A stretch of DNA of 64,000 bases from an uncultured Phycisphaerales bacterium. Its GTDB lineage: Bacteria; Planctomycetota; Phycisphaerae; Tepidisphaerales; Tepidisphaeraceae. The notes under the pieces are model-generated. The model saw nothing but the letters and a program-made list of their open reading frames with translations. It had not been told where the DNA came from and ran no database searches. A program made the translations under genes and the position numbers. Where the stretch lies: positions 3,040,001-3,104,000 of the forward strand of contig CAVWVQ010000003.1 of assembly GCA_963758525.1 (NCBI GenBank), given 5' to 3'. This document shows positions 54,646 through 64,000 of this stretch, one piece after another; position 1 is the first letter of the stretch, and each line of letters starts with the position of its first letter.

Positions 54646-54902
54646 GAAGGCACGAAGGCACGAAGGCACGAAGGCACGGAGGGAAGAGGGAACGAGAAGC
54701 ACGAAAGGGACGAGAGGCACGAAGGCACGTAGGCACGTAGGCACGGAGGGGAAGATAGGCGGTGAAGGGGGAGGAAATTCATCGAGTTACTCATGGCCTT
54801 CTCTGATTGCTCGTAAGTGCGCGAAAACTTTGACCGAGGAAGGCACGATGCGAAAATCCGGGCCTGACTCTGATTTTCCCTTCGTGCCTCCGTGCCTTCT
54901 TC
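54646..54902. repeat. Intergenic insert bounded by inverted AGGCACGA tandem repeats
   Basis: (aggcacga)n arrays at 54648-54750 and inverted cttcgtgcctccgtgccttc at 54880-54899. Confidence 0.8.
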
Positions 54903-54904
54903 CT

Positions 54905-57096
54905 TTACATCCACGGACTGTTCTTCGTCTGAATCAACTGGAGGAACTTTCGCTTCCATTGCACGAACAACGGCGTGCTGTCGAGAGTGAAACGCACGTA
55001 CACGCGCTGGCCGGGATAGTACTTGCCGCTGGGATTCGAGACGGGGACGTCCACCTCAAACTGCTCGTTCTGCGATTTAGTGGGATCCTTGGGATCCACC
55101 GGCTCGTCTTCGCCGCCGGGCTGGGCGACGGCGGGGCTCGGGAGGTCGCGCGTGGCGGCGCCGATCGGACGCGGCGCGCCGGCGGGAACCGCCGTTCCAA
55201 GATCGCCGGCAAATTGCACCGCCGTCTTGTTCACGTGCCCGATGATCAACTGCGATTCAATCTGCTCCAGCAGCACCTTCACGGTCAGCTCGGTATTGCG
55301 GGCGATCGTGCAGATCTCCTGGCCCTTCTGGAGATAGCGACCTTCATACAGATTGATGTCGGGAGCGATCAGCTCGCCATCGATGGTCGCCCGCACGGTC
55401 AGTTCGTCCCGGCGGCGCTGCATTTCGTCGAGTTGCACCTGCAGCGTGTCAACCACTTCCTGGTCGATCGCCTCTTGAGCCGTGTCCTCGGCGCCGAGGC
55501 GAGCATCTTGATCCGAGCCGCCTGCAACTCGGCCTGCTTCTGCGCGATCTGGCTGTCGAGCTCGGGATCACGGCAGATCAGCAGCAGATCGCCGGGCGTT
55601 TTGTCATGCGGACCGTGAACCCATTGATGATCGTGCGCAATCACCTCCGTGACAAAGCCGCCGCGCCGCGCGTTGAGCTTGTCGTGCGCGGTTGCTTCGG
55701 CGATGCCGACCTGTCCGACGTGCATCGGGAAGCGGATCAGCCCGATGACGATGATCGCGATCGCCGCCACCGCCAGGCAGAACGCCGTCGCGCGGCCGCG
55801 CTTGCGATGCAGTTCCGGGTCGAGCGCAAGATACTTGAAGACTTTGACGACCGGGACCACAAGCCAGGTGATCAATCCGCCGATCGCCATCAGCATTCCC
55901 AGCACAGGGATCTGGTAGGCCACGAGCAGGATGATGAGCACGCCGATGAACGTGCGATAGATGGATGACGAAATCGCGTAGGCAAACAGCCAGAAGCGCT
56001 GCAACGGCGGAGGGAGCGGCTGCTGGAGCTTGATGCGGAACACATGCCGCTTGATCAGGCCCATCGCATATTCGGTGCTCTTCTGGCGGAGATTGGGGAT
56101 CTCCAGGAAATCGGAAAGGATGTAATAGCCGTCGTAACGGAGCAGAGGGTTGGCGTTGAAGATGACCGTCGTGACGCTCGCGACAAGCATCGCGTTGAAC
56201 GCAAGCTGGCGGACGAGATGCGTCTCGTTGGTGTTGCGCCAGACGAACGCGCAGAGGGCGGCGAAGAAGAGCTCGACGATCATGCCCGCCGCGCCGACGA
56301 AGATGCGCTGCCATTTGCTTGGGAAAGACCACGCACTGGACGCGTCAACATAGGGCGTGGGAACGAAGACCAGGAACATAATTCCCAGCTCGTGGCATTC
56401 GCCGCCAAAGCGCCGGCAGGAAAAGGCATGGCCCAGCTCATGGATGAGTTTGATGAAGACGAAGACGCTCCAAAGCCACAGCAGGTTGATCGTATTCCCC
56501 TTGATATCGACGGCGTGGCGCGCAGAGTCCTGCAGCCCGTGGGGGCCATTCCACTGGGGGGCGATCACCACCAGCGCCGAGATGATCACCGCCAGCCAGA
56601 CCACCACCCCGAGCTTGCTGAACATGACGCGGGCCAGCGGCATCCACCGGCGGAGAAACCGGTCCGGATCCCACAGCGGAATGCGCGGGAAGAGCACGTT
56701 CATCAGCCGGCCCTGCATCTTGCGCTTGGTGAGCTGCTTGTGCCGGCGGAGCAGAACCGTGGCGTCGGGCGTAACGTCGGCCTCGATCAGATTGGCCGAG
56801 TAAAGATGCGACAGAATCTGGATCACTTCCGGCTGCGTAGGCGCATCGTCGGCAAGCTGTCCGCCGCACAATTCCCACGCTTCTTCGACGGTTCGCGACC
56901 CGTCGAGCAGTCCGACGAATCGGTAAGCCGGGTCGCTGAGCCGGTGAAACTGATTGCCCGCCGGGTCGCGTACGACGTACCAGCGGTCGCCGCGATAGAA
57001 CTGACGCGAGATATGGGCGCTGACGCGCAGCCGCACGCGCAGCTCCGCAACGCGGTACCAGGACTCGGAAAAAGTGGGCCGTAGTTGGAGAGTCAT
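54905..57096 (-). CDS. PqqD-like N-domain / M50 site-2 metalloprotease / HlyD-like fusion (~730 codons), frameshifted near 55490
   Basis: FVGLLDGSRTVEE (PqqD/RRE-like), HELGH, FNANPLLRYDGYY, multiple TMs; coiled coil and VRATIDG...PGQRVYVRF in the 54905..55456 frame. Confidence 0.88.
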
Positions 57097-57114
57097 CTGG
57101 GGTTCAGTGTGATT

Positions 57115-57630
57115 GAGGGTTCAGGGTGTCAGGGTTCAGGGTGTCAGGGTTCAGGTAGGGAGGACGGGTTAAGATCCAGGGTTGGGCGCAGGGAAGCGAC
57201 GGTCGCTGGGGGCGAGTTGTTGTTCCAAAGTTCTTTCCAGTCCGTTAAGCATTTTTACGCACTCGGTATAGCGCTCGCGGTAGTCGTTATACGTTTCTTC
57301 TGTCAGGTAGCCTTTCAGCATCGCTATGTACAAGTGATGAACCGCTTCCAGCGATTCGCCCCTTGCACGGTTTGCGCCTTCAATTTTATTCCGCACATGC
57401 CGATCGCTGTGCTTCTCGGCCAGTTGCGCCGGAGCGCTGTTCGAACAGCGCCTTATCTGGGACACCAGCTCAAACCGTTCTTCCCTTGGCCATTTCGCGG
57501 ACAGCTGACAAACCTCCAAGTGCAACACGCACAACTTCTGATAAATGCTCAGATCCTCAATCCGCTTAAATCCCACCACAACCATCCCCTCCGAAATCCT
57601 GAACCCGGACCCCTGACACCCTGAACCCTC
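57115..57630. mobile_element. Repeat-bounded cassette carrying a four-helix-bundle gene (candidate intervening element)
   Basis: gagggttcagggtgtcagggttcagggtgtcagggttcagg (57115-57155) is inverted at 57598-57630; the outer 20 nt match perfectly. Confidence 0.65.
57169..57585 (-). CDS. Four-helix-bundle protein (23S rRNA IVS protein / TIGR02436-like)
   Basis: GGAGG RBS; FKRIEDLSIYQK, WPREERFELVSQIRRCSNSAPAQLAE, ARGESLEA, KGYL, KMLNGL. Confidence 0.93.
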   Translation of the reverse strand: MVVVGFKRIEDLSIYQKLCVLHLEVCQLSAKWPREERFELVSQIRRCSNSAPAQLAEKHSDRHVRNKIEGANRARGESLEAVHHLYIAMLKGYLTEETYNDYRERYTECVKMLNGLERTLEQQLAPSDRRFPAPNPGS

Positions 57631-57632
57631 TC

Positions 57633-59581
57633 TCACATCCACAACTTGAGCTTCAGGAAGTCGATCAGCCGGTGCGTCCAGATCCAGGCGACGCTGCGCT
57701 TGGCGACGTCGACGCGCGCTTCGCCTTTCATGCCGGGGCGCAGGTGGGGACGGCTTTGCCGGTGAGGGTGACGTAGACGCGGAAATTGTTGGTCCCTTCT
57801 TTCGGATCGGGAATGGGGATGATGCGCTCGACGACAAAATCGAACGAGTCGCCCGGCTGGGCGTTGGTGGCGAGGGTTCCGTGCTGGCCGATGTGAATGT
57901 TCTGGATGTCGCGGTCATCGACGGTCAGTTCGCCGCGCAGGTCGTGATCGCTGCCGATTTCGAAGAGCACGTCGCCGGTCTTGACCGGGGAATCGAGTTT
58001 ATCTTCCAGGTCACCCTTGAGGATCTCCGCGTCGACCGGGGCGACGATCGTGCCGCGGGCGATTTGGGCGCTGAGAAAATCCACTTCGTTTTTAGCTTCT
58101 TCACCTTCCGAGATGGAAACCTGTTCCTCGGCGGTCTTTTCCTCGGCGCGGTAGCGGGCGGCTTCCTTGGTCTTGGTGTTCACGCGGGCCTGCGCCTCGG
58201 CCAATTTCAGCTTCATGTCGGTGGTGTCGAGCATGGCCAGGGTCTGGCCCGCCTTGATCATGTCACCTTGACGGAGCGGCTTGCCATCCGGGCCCTTGCC
58301 CACTTCGCTGATAAAGCCTTCGAAGGGCGCGGGAATCTGGCAATGCGCCCGCGAGGCAAACTCGAACGAGGCGCTGACGTGGTACATCGGCCTGATGACG
58401 AAGATGCCGACGAGGATCAGCGCGACGCCGATGGCGATCAGCTTGCCGAGCATATGCTGCGGGCCAACGGCACGCTTGGCGAGTTCGCGGATGCTGATCC
58501 CGGCTTTGGTGATCAGCCAGCGATCGTTCTGAAATCGGTCGTACAGTTGTGGAGCCAGCAGATCGATGGCGATGCTCAGCGCCTGCCCGACGTTAGGCCC
58601 CAGTTTTTCCTGCGCGGGGAATTCGGCGGTGATGACGCCGATGATCTCATCGCGCCGCCGCAGCGGCAGCGAGAGGACAGCGGCGCCGCCCTGCTCGCGG
58701 GAAAACGCGGCGGCTTCGCGCGTGACGTTCTGGGTGTTTTGCCCGGCGGGATCGAACTGAACGATTTCGTCCTGATCCGCGCATTCCTCCATCACCTTCT
58801 CGAGCGAGACGATCAGTTCCTGTTTCTTGTCGAATTCCTCAGTGTGCGAGATCGCCTTGACGCGGACGTTTCGCCCCTTCACCCAGCCCATGGTCACGCG
58901 CGACGCGTGCGCCCGGCCGGCCAGCTCGTTGCACAGATTCATCGCCGCCGACTCAAACCCTTCGGCCGTCGCGACGGAGGTGGAGAGCTGCAGCACGTGC
59001 TGATGGCTCTCGGCAATCAACTTGCTCTGCTCGGCAAGGCGGCGCAGGGTGAACAACTCGAAATATCCGGCCACGAGCTTCATCGAGTTGAGGCGCTGGC
59101 GGGCGCGTTCCAGATCGAGGCAGCGGGCGATGACCGCGGAGACGGCCACCACCTCGTTGTCCGCGCGCAGGAGCGTGACGAGGCAGAACTGTGTTTCGTG
59201 AGTGTCGCCGGTCATTCCCAGTTCGATTGCGCCGTCCTTCATCTGCTGCACGCAGGGAACGACCAATTCCTGGAACGCCGACACGGCCGCGGTGCGAACC
59301 TGGGCGCTGCTGTTGTCATGGCGGAGATGCGCGAGAAGGCGGAGGGAGACCGATTCGTCCGCGCGTTCGATGAGAAAGCCGACGGCTTCGGTTCCCGCAA
59401 CGGTCGTCGCCTGCGTGCTGATCAGCTCAGTGACGAATGCGGGGAGATCCCGGGCGTCGATCAGGCGCTGCGCCAGCTCCGAGCGGTGCCCGCTGGGTTG
59501 CGCGGTTCCCTGCGCCTGTTCGGCTTCAGAACTTTGCGATGATTCGACTATCCCTTCAGCCACGAATTGCTCCTTGCTCAC
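57633..59581 (-). CDS. GAF-like domain + HlyD/RND periplasmic adaptor (~650 codons), frameshifted near 57755
   Basis: GAF-like LSLPLRRRDEIIGVITAE, TM, APFEGFI..GQTLAMLD, IVAPVDA, VKTGDVLFEI; C-terminus LRPGMKGEARVDV...FLKLKLWM* ends at 57633. Confidence 0.88.
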
Positions 59582-59656
59582 TTGCGCTTGCGTGCCGCAT
59601 GCAGATCAGATCAGTTGCGGAGCTGCCCTGCGGGGCAGCCGCTAAACTTTGCCGGT

Positions 59657-60523
59657 TCAGTGCTCCGCGGAGTTGACAGATGCGACGGCGTCCGACGTCT
59701 TCACCTGCACCTGCAATCCCGATTGCCGGCCGGCGGCGTTTGCGAGTTGCAGGCGGACTTTTTGGCGATCGCTCCGGGCATCAGCCTCGGGCGCCACGAA
59801 AATGACCTGCGCCTCGAGCCACTTGTCTTCGCTGGCGTAACGCACGTCCATCATCTGCTGCTTGTGAATGTTTTTCACGACGCCTGTCGGCAGCTCTACT
59901 TCGACATACAGCGGATCGTTCTGGATGATGGTCATGATCGGCTTGGAGACATCCGAAGAGGCAGCTTCGCCGACATGCGTGTTGATCTTCGATACCACGC
60001 CCGCCACCGGACTGCTCAACTGTTTCAGTTTGATCTTCGCCTGCTCCTGCTCGACCTCCGCCATGGCCTTCTGCTTTTCCTGCTCGGCAAGCTGGATGCG
60101 AATGGCCGCGATCACCTCATTGACCTTGGCTTCTTCCAGTTCGCTCTCGCCGACGACGTTATCCTTCCGCATTTCCTGTTTGCGCTTGAGTTCAACCACC
60201 TTGGCGTCGTGATCTGCCTTGGCGGCGATGATCTGCAGATCGGAGTTGGCCTCGACTTGGGCCACTTTCACGGCGGCCTCCTCCAAGACGCAATCCTGCA
60301 CCGCGATCAGTTGGCCGGCCGTTACCACGTCGCCTTCCTTGACCGGCTCTTCGCTCACCACGCCGGGGCCGTTAAACGACACGTCCCGCGACTCGGAAGG
60401 CTTGGTGAAACCGGGATACAGCGTTTCATCGCCTTGCGCGACAACTGTCCCGGCACAAAGCAGCACCAGCCCGGCCCCGCAGCGGCCCCAAGCACCAAAT
60501 CCAGCAAATGTCTTCAAAGCCAT
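59657..60523 (-). CDS. HlyD/RND-type periplasmic adaptor (membrane fusion protein)
   Basis: Signal peptide; VKEGDVVTAGQLI, coiled coil, LSSPVAGVV, DPLYVEV, FVAPEADARS. Confidence 0.9.
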   Translation of the reverse strand: MALKTFAGFGAWGRCGAGLVLLCAGTVVAQGDETLYPGFTKPSESRDVSFNGPGVVSEEPVKEGDVVTAGQLIAVQDCVLEEAAVKVAQVEANSDLQIIAAKADHDAKVVELKRKQEMRKDNVVGESELEEAKVNEVIAAIRIQLAEQEKQKAMAEVEQEQAKIKLKQLSSPVAGVVSKINTHVGEAASSDVSKPIMTIIQNDPLYVEVELPTGVVKNIHKQQMMDVRYASEDKWLEAQVIFVAPEADARSDRQKVRLQLANAAGRQSGLQVQVKTSDAVASVNSAEH

Positions 60524-60765
60524 GAAATCTCCGACGCCAGTTCGCGTATGATTCATCTGAACAGGACCGAGGCCGGGTAAAAGCCCCTAAGCCCCACCTG
60601 CTGTCGCCACACCGAAGCTCAGTTCACTACTTCTGGATCGACATCGCGAAGAAAGCGTCTTGAGGGCGACTGGTAATTCCGCGCATTAATCGCAGAGCCA
60701 GTTTATCAGGCAACTTACCCTCGCGCCAATCCCATGCAACCGTACGCCCGCCCGAGCGGTTCGGT

Positions 60766-61143
60766 TCAACCATATCCGAGCTGATCCAAATCGCCCTCAT
60801 CCAGCCCGAAGTGATGGCCGATTTCGTGCAGCACGGTTTTGCGGACGCGGTCCACCAGATCAGCCTCGTTTGCGCTCGCCAACTCTATGTCATTTTGGAA
60901 GATATAGATCACAGCGGGCATCGGCGGCGCCTCCACGGAGCGACGGGTCAGCGGTGAACCTTGGTACAGTCCCAGCAACAGCCTGCCGTCTTCCAGCCCC
61001 ACACTGCGCCGCTGGGTTGCCGTCGGGCGGTCCCGAATTTCGACCGGCACCTCTTCCAGAGCGGCGGCAAACTCCCCAGGCACCTCCGATAATACCTGCT
61101 CGACGAATGCCGAGAATTGCGCTTTGCCGACGTGGTATGCCAT
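60766..61143 (-). CDS. Zincin-like metallopeptidase (DUF1025 type)
   Basis: LLGLYQG, TVLHEIGHHFGLDE. Confidence 0.9.
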   Translation of the reverse strand: MAYHVGKAQFSAFVEQVLSEVPGEFAAALEEVPVEIRDRPTATQRRSVGLEDGRLLLGLYQGSPLTRRSVEAPPMPAVIYIFQNDIELASANEADLVDRVRKTVLHEIGHHFGLDEGDLDQLGYG

Positions 61144-61236
61144 CGCTAGTATCTCTTCATTACGCCGATTGCGGGTGTTTCGCGTGCCGCCAACCGACGA
61201 CGCGCGGCTATCGGATGGTTCATTCCTCTGGCTGAG

Positions 61237-62253
61237 GTGTTCATGCGCGCTTCGATGCTGTCGTTTTTGATCATATGCGCCGCCGGATGCAACGGCACCA
61301 GCTTTCTCATTACGCCCGTTCCCACCACCTATAAGCTCGACGAAGTGCAGGCTGAGCCGGGAATTGGATTCTTCGGCGGAAAAGTGGCGATTATTGAAGT
61401 TGAGGGCCTGCTTTCTGACAGCAGGAGCAGCGGACTGCTCTCACTGTCGCAGGGCGAGAATACGCTGAGCCTTTTCAAGGAAGAGCTGGAGCACGCCCAG
61501 CGCGATTCGTCGGTGAAAGCGGTGGTATTGCGGGTGAATTCCCCGGGTGGAACGGTCACCAGCGCGGATGCGATGTACGATCTGGTCAATCGGTTTCGCA
61601 GAAAGACGGGCAAGCCGGTAGTGGCGTCCATTCAGGAAGTGGGCGCCAGCGGCGCCTACTACGTATCCTGCGCCGCCGATAAGATTGTCGCGCAGCCGAC
61701 GAGCGTGGTGGGGAGCATCGGCGTGATTTTCGAATCGCTGGAGTTTGAAGGAACGCTCGCGAAACTGGGAATCCAGCCGGTGACCGTGAAAAGCGGCACG
61801 CTGAAGGATATGGGTTCCCCGTTCAAAGCGGTCGAGCCTGTTGAACGCGAGGTGATGCAGTCGATGATCGAGGAGTATTTCGCCCGGTTCATCGGCGTGG
61901 TCCGCGGCAATCGCAAAATCGACGAAGCGCCGAATCCTGATTTGTCGACCTATCGAAAGGCTCCATATGCCGGCATTTTCAGCGGCCGTGTTTTCAGCGG
62001 CGCGCGCGGGGCCGAGATGGGGCTTGTCGATCAGACCGGCTTGCTGGAAGATGCGATCGATCTTGCCCGCACGATGGCGCACGCGCCGAATGCGTCCGTC
62101 ATACAATATAAGAGGCCGTACGGCTATTCTGGTTCGATCTATGCGAGCAGCGAGGTGAGACCGCCGGAGACGGGCGTCACGCGGCTGCAACTGCCGGGCG
62201 CGGACAGCGTGCTTCCCGGCGGTTTCTATTATCTGTGGCGCGCCGGACTGTGA
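61237..62253 (+). CDS. sppA: Signal peptide peptidase SppA (S49), probable lipoprotein
   Basis: LRVNSPGG, GASGAYY, GSIGVI, KSGTLKD, GRVFSG, GLVDQTG; lipobox AAGC. Confidence 0.9.
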   Translation: MFMRASMLSFLIICAAGCNGTSFLITPVPTTYKLDEVQAEPGIGFFGGKVAIIEVEGLLSDSRSSGLLSLSQGENTLSLFKEELEHAQRDSSVKAVVLRVNSPGGTVTSADAMYDLVNRFRRKTGKPVVASIQEVGASGAYYVSCAADKIVAQPTSVVGSIGVIFESLEFEGTLAKLGIQPVTVKSGTLKDMGSPFKAVEPVEREVMQSMIEEYFARFIGVVRGNRKIDEAPNPDLSTYRKAPYAGIFSGRVFSGARGAEMGLVDQTGLLEDAIDLARTMAHAPNASVIQYKRPYGYSGSIYASSEVRPPETGVTRLQLPGADSVLPGGFYYLWRAGL

Positions 62254-62272
62254 CGCCCGCCCGAAGGACTGC

Positions 62273-63286
62273 ATGATTTCGCTCACGTGCACCAATTGCC
62301 GCACGGTTCTGGAGATTGACGACGCCTTTGCCGGCGGCGTCTGTCGGTGCCAGCACTGCGGAACAATTCAGACGGTGCCGTCGCATCTCAAATCGAAGGC
62401 GCGCACGACGGCTTCCAATCAATCGCTGCCCGGCTCTAAAGCACTCTATCAGCACCGGACGGGGACCGACGCGGGCACTGGCCTGGAAGACCTTGCGGGC
62501 GCCGTAGCCAGCAGCGGACTTCATTCGAGCCGCCTGCGGTCGGGCACGGCGACAACCGCCGCGCCCAGGCGCGCCGGCGCCGCAAGCAAGAAGAAGAGCC
62601 CCCTGCTGCTGATCCTCATTGGAGCGGTTGTTCTCGCGACCGTCGCGGGCGGGATCATCATCTACGTCTTCATGCAGGGCTCCTCCAGCCAGCCCGCTCC
62701 CCAGCCGCAGGCGGTGAATCCGACTCCCGCCAACCCGGCTCCCGACACGCCGGCAACTCCATCGGGGCCGTCGTTCTGCGGCGTTCCGCTCATCGACACC
62801 AATGTCGTGTACATCCTCGATCGGGGGACTTCCATTGAGCAGTTCTTCGATCCGCTCAAGGCCGCCCTCTATCGCTCATTGGATCTGCTGGGCCCGACAG
62901 GGCAGTTCGCGGTGATCCTCAGCGACAATGGATCGTCGCCGGTCGTGTATCCGAAGACGGGCCTGGCCAACGCAACACCAGGCGAGGTTGAAAAGGCTCG
63001 CAGTGTTCTGGATGACGCGATCGCCAGCGGGGCCAGCAAACTCGCCCCGGCGATCAAAGAAGCCGTCGCCAGAAAACCCGCCGTCATCATCGTCGTCACC
63101 GCCAAGTTTATCCTTGATGAAGGTGACGCCGAATCGCTGATTCAAAATTCCCAGCGCGGCATCCGCATCCATACCTTCATCCTCGGCAGCAGCACCGCCA
63201 CCGACGCTCTCGAGCAGGCCGCCTCCAGAAGCGGGGGGATTTTTCGGCGGGTCAGTGAGAGCGATTTGCGGAGGTTTGGGTCTTAA
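62273..63286 (+). CDS. Zinc-ribbon + TM + vWA-like domain protein
   Basis: CTNC...CQHC N-terminus, TM, Pro-rich linker, VVYILDRGTS, IHTFILG, ASRSGGIFRRV. Confidence 0.8.
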   Translation: MISLTCTNCRTVLEIDDAFAGGVCRCQHCGTIQTVPSHLKSKARTTASNQSLPGSKALYQHRTGTDAGTGLEDLAGAVASSGLHSSRLRSGTATTAAPRRAGAASKKKSPLLLILIGAVVLATVAGGIIIYVFMQGSSSQPAPQPQAVNPTPANPAPDTPATPSGPSFCGVPLIDTNVVYILDRGTSIEQFFDPLKAALYRSLDLLGPTGQFAVILSDNGSSPVVYPKTGLANATPGEVEKARSVLDDAIASGASKLAPAIKEAVARKPAVIIVVTAKFILDEGDAESLIQNSQRGIRIHTFILGSSTATDALEQAASRSGGIFRRVSESDLRRFGS

Positions 63287-63429
63287 TGCTGCTCCGGTAA
63301 CGTGAATGCCAACATTTTTCCGCACGGTATTTCCTGTGTTGGCCGATGATGATTAGGGAAGACGGTGGGCCATTTTATCGGACGTTGGCCTGCGCGATCT
63401 GCCAAGTCTTTTTGCCGAGAGAGAGATCC

Positions 63430-64000
63430 GTGCCTGCACCTCGTCGCTCAGCAGCATCCGCTTCATCCCGCGGGAAGACCGCGGTTTCCCCGCGCAGAAA
63501 ATTCGTCGTGTTCGCCAGCCTCGTCGCCGCGCTGACGCTTACCAGCGCACTGTTGCTGGCGCTGGCTCCCGAATCGCTCCGTCCCGACGCGGCGCGAAGC
63601 CTTTTTGCCAGCGGCTCGCCGCAGTCGTTTGATGTGGTCTTTGACACCAGCGCACCGATCCGCGACGGCCGATGGCGCTACATCTTTATCCACCAGAGCC
63701 GCTCCGTCTCTGGCGACGCGCTGACCGTCGGCCAATCGCCCGACGGCGCCCCGGATCATTTTGTCATTGGCAACGGGGATGGCTGCCAGGATGGGGAGAT
63801 TCAGATTACGCAGCGGTGGACGCAGCAGGACACGCCCGGTGATATTCCAGGTCTTCCCCGCACGCAGCCCAACTTTATCAGCGTTTGCCTCGTGGGGGAT
63901 TTTGATCTGGCTCCCCCGACCCCGGCGCAGCAGCGCAGACTGGTGCAACTGCTCAACTCCCTGCAGCGGCGGCTCGACATTCCCCGCACAAACGTCACTT
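63430..64000 (+). CDS. N-acetylmuramoyl-L-alanine amidase (Amidase_2/PGRP-like), runs off the window
   Basis: Not in the ORF track. Hand translation from GTG 63430 gives a TM segment, WRYIFIHQS, DHFVIGNG, QRW, ISVCLVGDFD, PTPAQ. Confidence 0.82.
   Translation, partial: MPAPRRSAASASSRGKTAVSPRRKFVVFASLVAALTLTSALLLALAPESLRPDAARSLFASGSPQSFDVVFDTSAPIRDGRWRYIFIHQSRSVSGDALTVGQSPDGAPDHFVIGNGDGCQDGEIQITQRWTQQDTPGDIPGLPRTQPNFISVCLVGDFDLAPPTPAQQRRLVQLLNSLQRRLDIPRTNVT

Noticed and set aside
54648..54750. Octamer arrays as CRISPR or as coding sequence (ORFs reading CLRAFVPS)
   Set aside because: Contiguous 8-nt units without spacers; the peptides are simply translations of the repeat.
55399..57096. RiPP biosynthetic cluster suggested by the PqqD-like domain
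   Set aside because: No precursor peptide or modifying enzyme (radical SAM, YcaO, LanM) is visible nearby.
57169..57585. Diversity-generating retroelement or rRNA locus implied by the four-helix-bundle gene
   Set aside because: No reverse transcriptase, no template/variable repeat pair with A-specific differences, and no rRNA sequence in the window.
630..57760. About ten frameshifted genes as mass pseudogenisation or programmed frameshifting
   Set aside because: Both halves stay intact with no in-frame stops, and several are fixed by one base in a G/C run (5278-5283, ~7253, ~57755). This is typical of long-read indel errors; read mapping would settle it.
57586..57918. N-terminal extension of the 249-aa ORF 57169..57918
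   Set aside because: It is an off-frame overlap with the adaptor gene plus repeat translation (GSGCQGSG); the real gene starts at 57585 after GGAGG.
1..64000. Many long antisense or overlapping ORFs in the track (e.g. 3674..4960, 57881..59542, 53493..54533)
   Set aside because: Shadow frames of well-supported genes in high-GC DNA, with no motifs.

Overview
High-GC bacterial DNA. The gene content (many type-IV-prepilin-like proteins, ECF sigma/FecR pairs, PEP-CTERM proteins, TIGR03790-like and YHYH proteins) suggests Planctomycetota, probably Phycisphaerae/Tepidisphaerales; this is inferred, not searched. Layout: (1) 1-6.9 kb: S53 peptidase, YHYH protein, two transglutaminases and an Anbu-like proteasome-type protease. 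(2) 6.9-46.8 kb: a ~40 kb glycan-utilisation island built from two paralogous divergons. In each, a large PEP-CTERM beta-helix surface protein is transcribed away from ECF sigma > FecR-NPCBM anti-sigma > prepilin-like protein > small conserved Cys-containing membrane protein > GH78/GH2/GH35/GH63-like glycosidases; PL4 and alginate-lyase-family genes follow the PEP-CTERM genes. No TonB-dependent receptor or sugar transporter was seen. Each divergon has its own shared candidate ECF promoter motif. (3) An IS5-family element inserted into a stop codon. (4) 47.9-52.6 kb: mixed genes. (5) 52.7-60.5 kb: an operon of two HlyD-type adaptors, a PqqD-like/M50 protease/HlyD fusion and a short SecA-like ATPase, a candidate ABC-less export system. 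Two of its junctions are filled by inserts bounded by inverted short tandem repeats, one carrying a four-helix-bundle (IVS-type) gene. (6) 60.7-64 kb: zincin, SppA, vWA-like protein and an amidase running off the end. About ten genes are split by frameshifts, several in G/C homopolymers, most likely assembly errors. No rRNA, tRNA or CRISPR array was seen. All family calls come from recognising motifs by eye; no searches were run.
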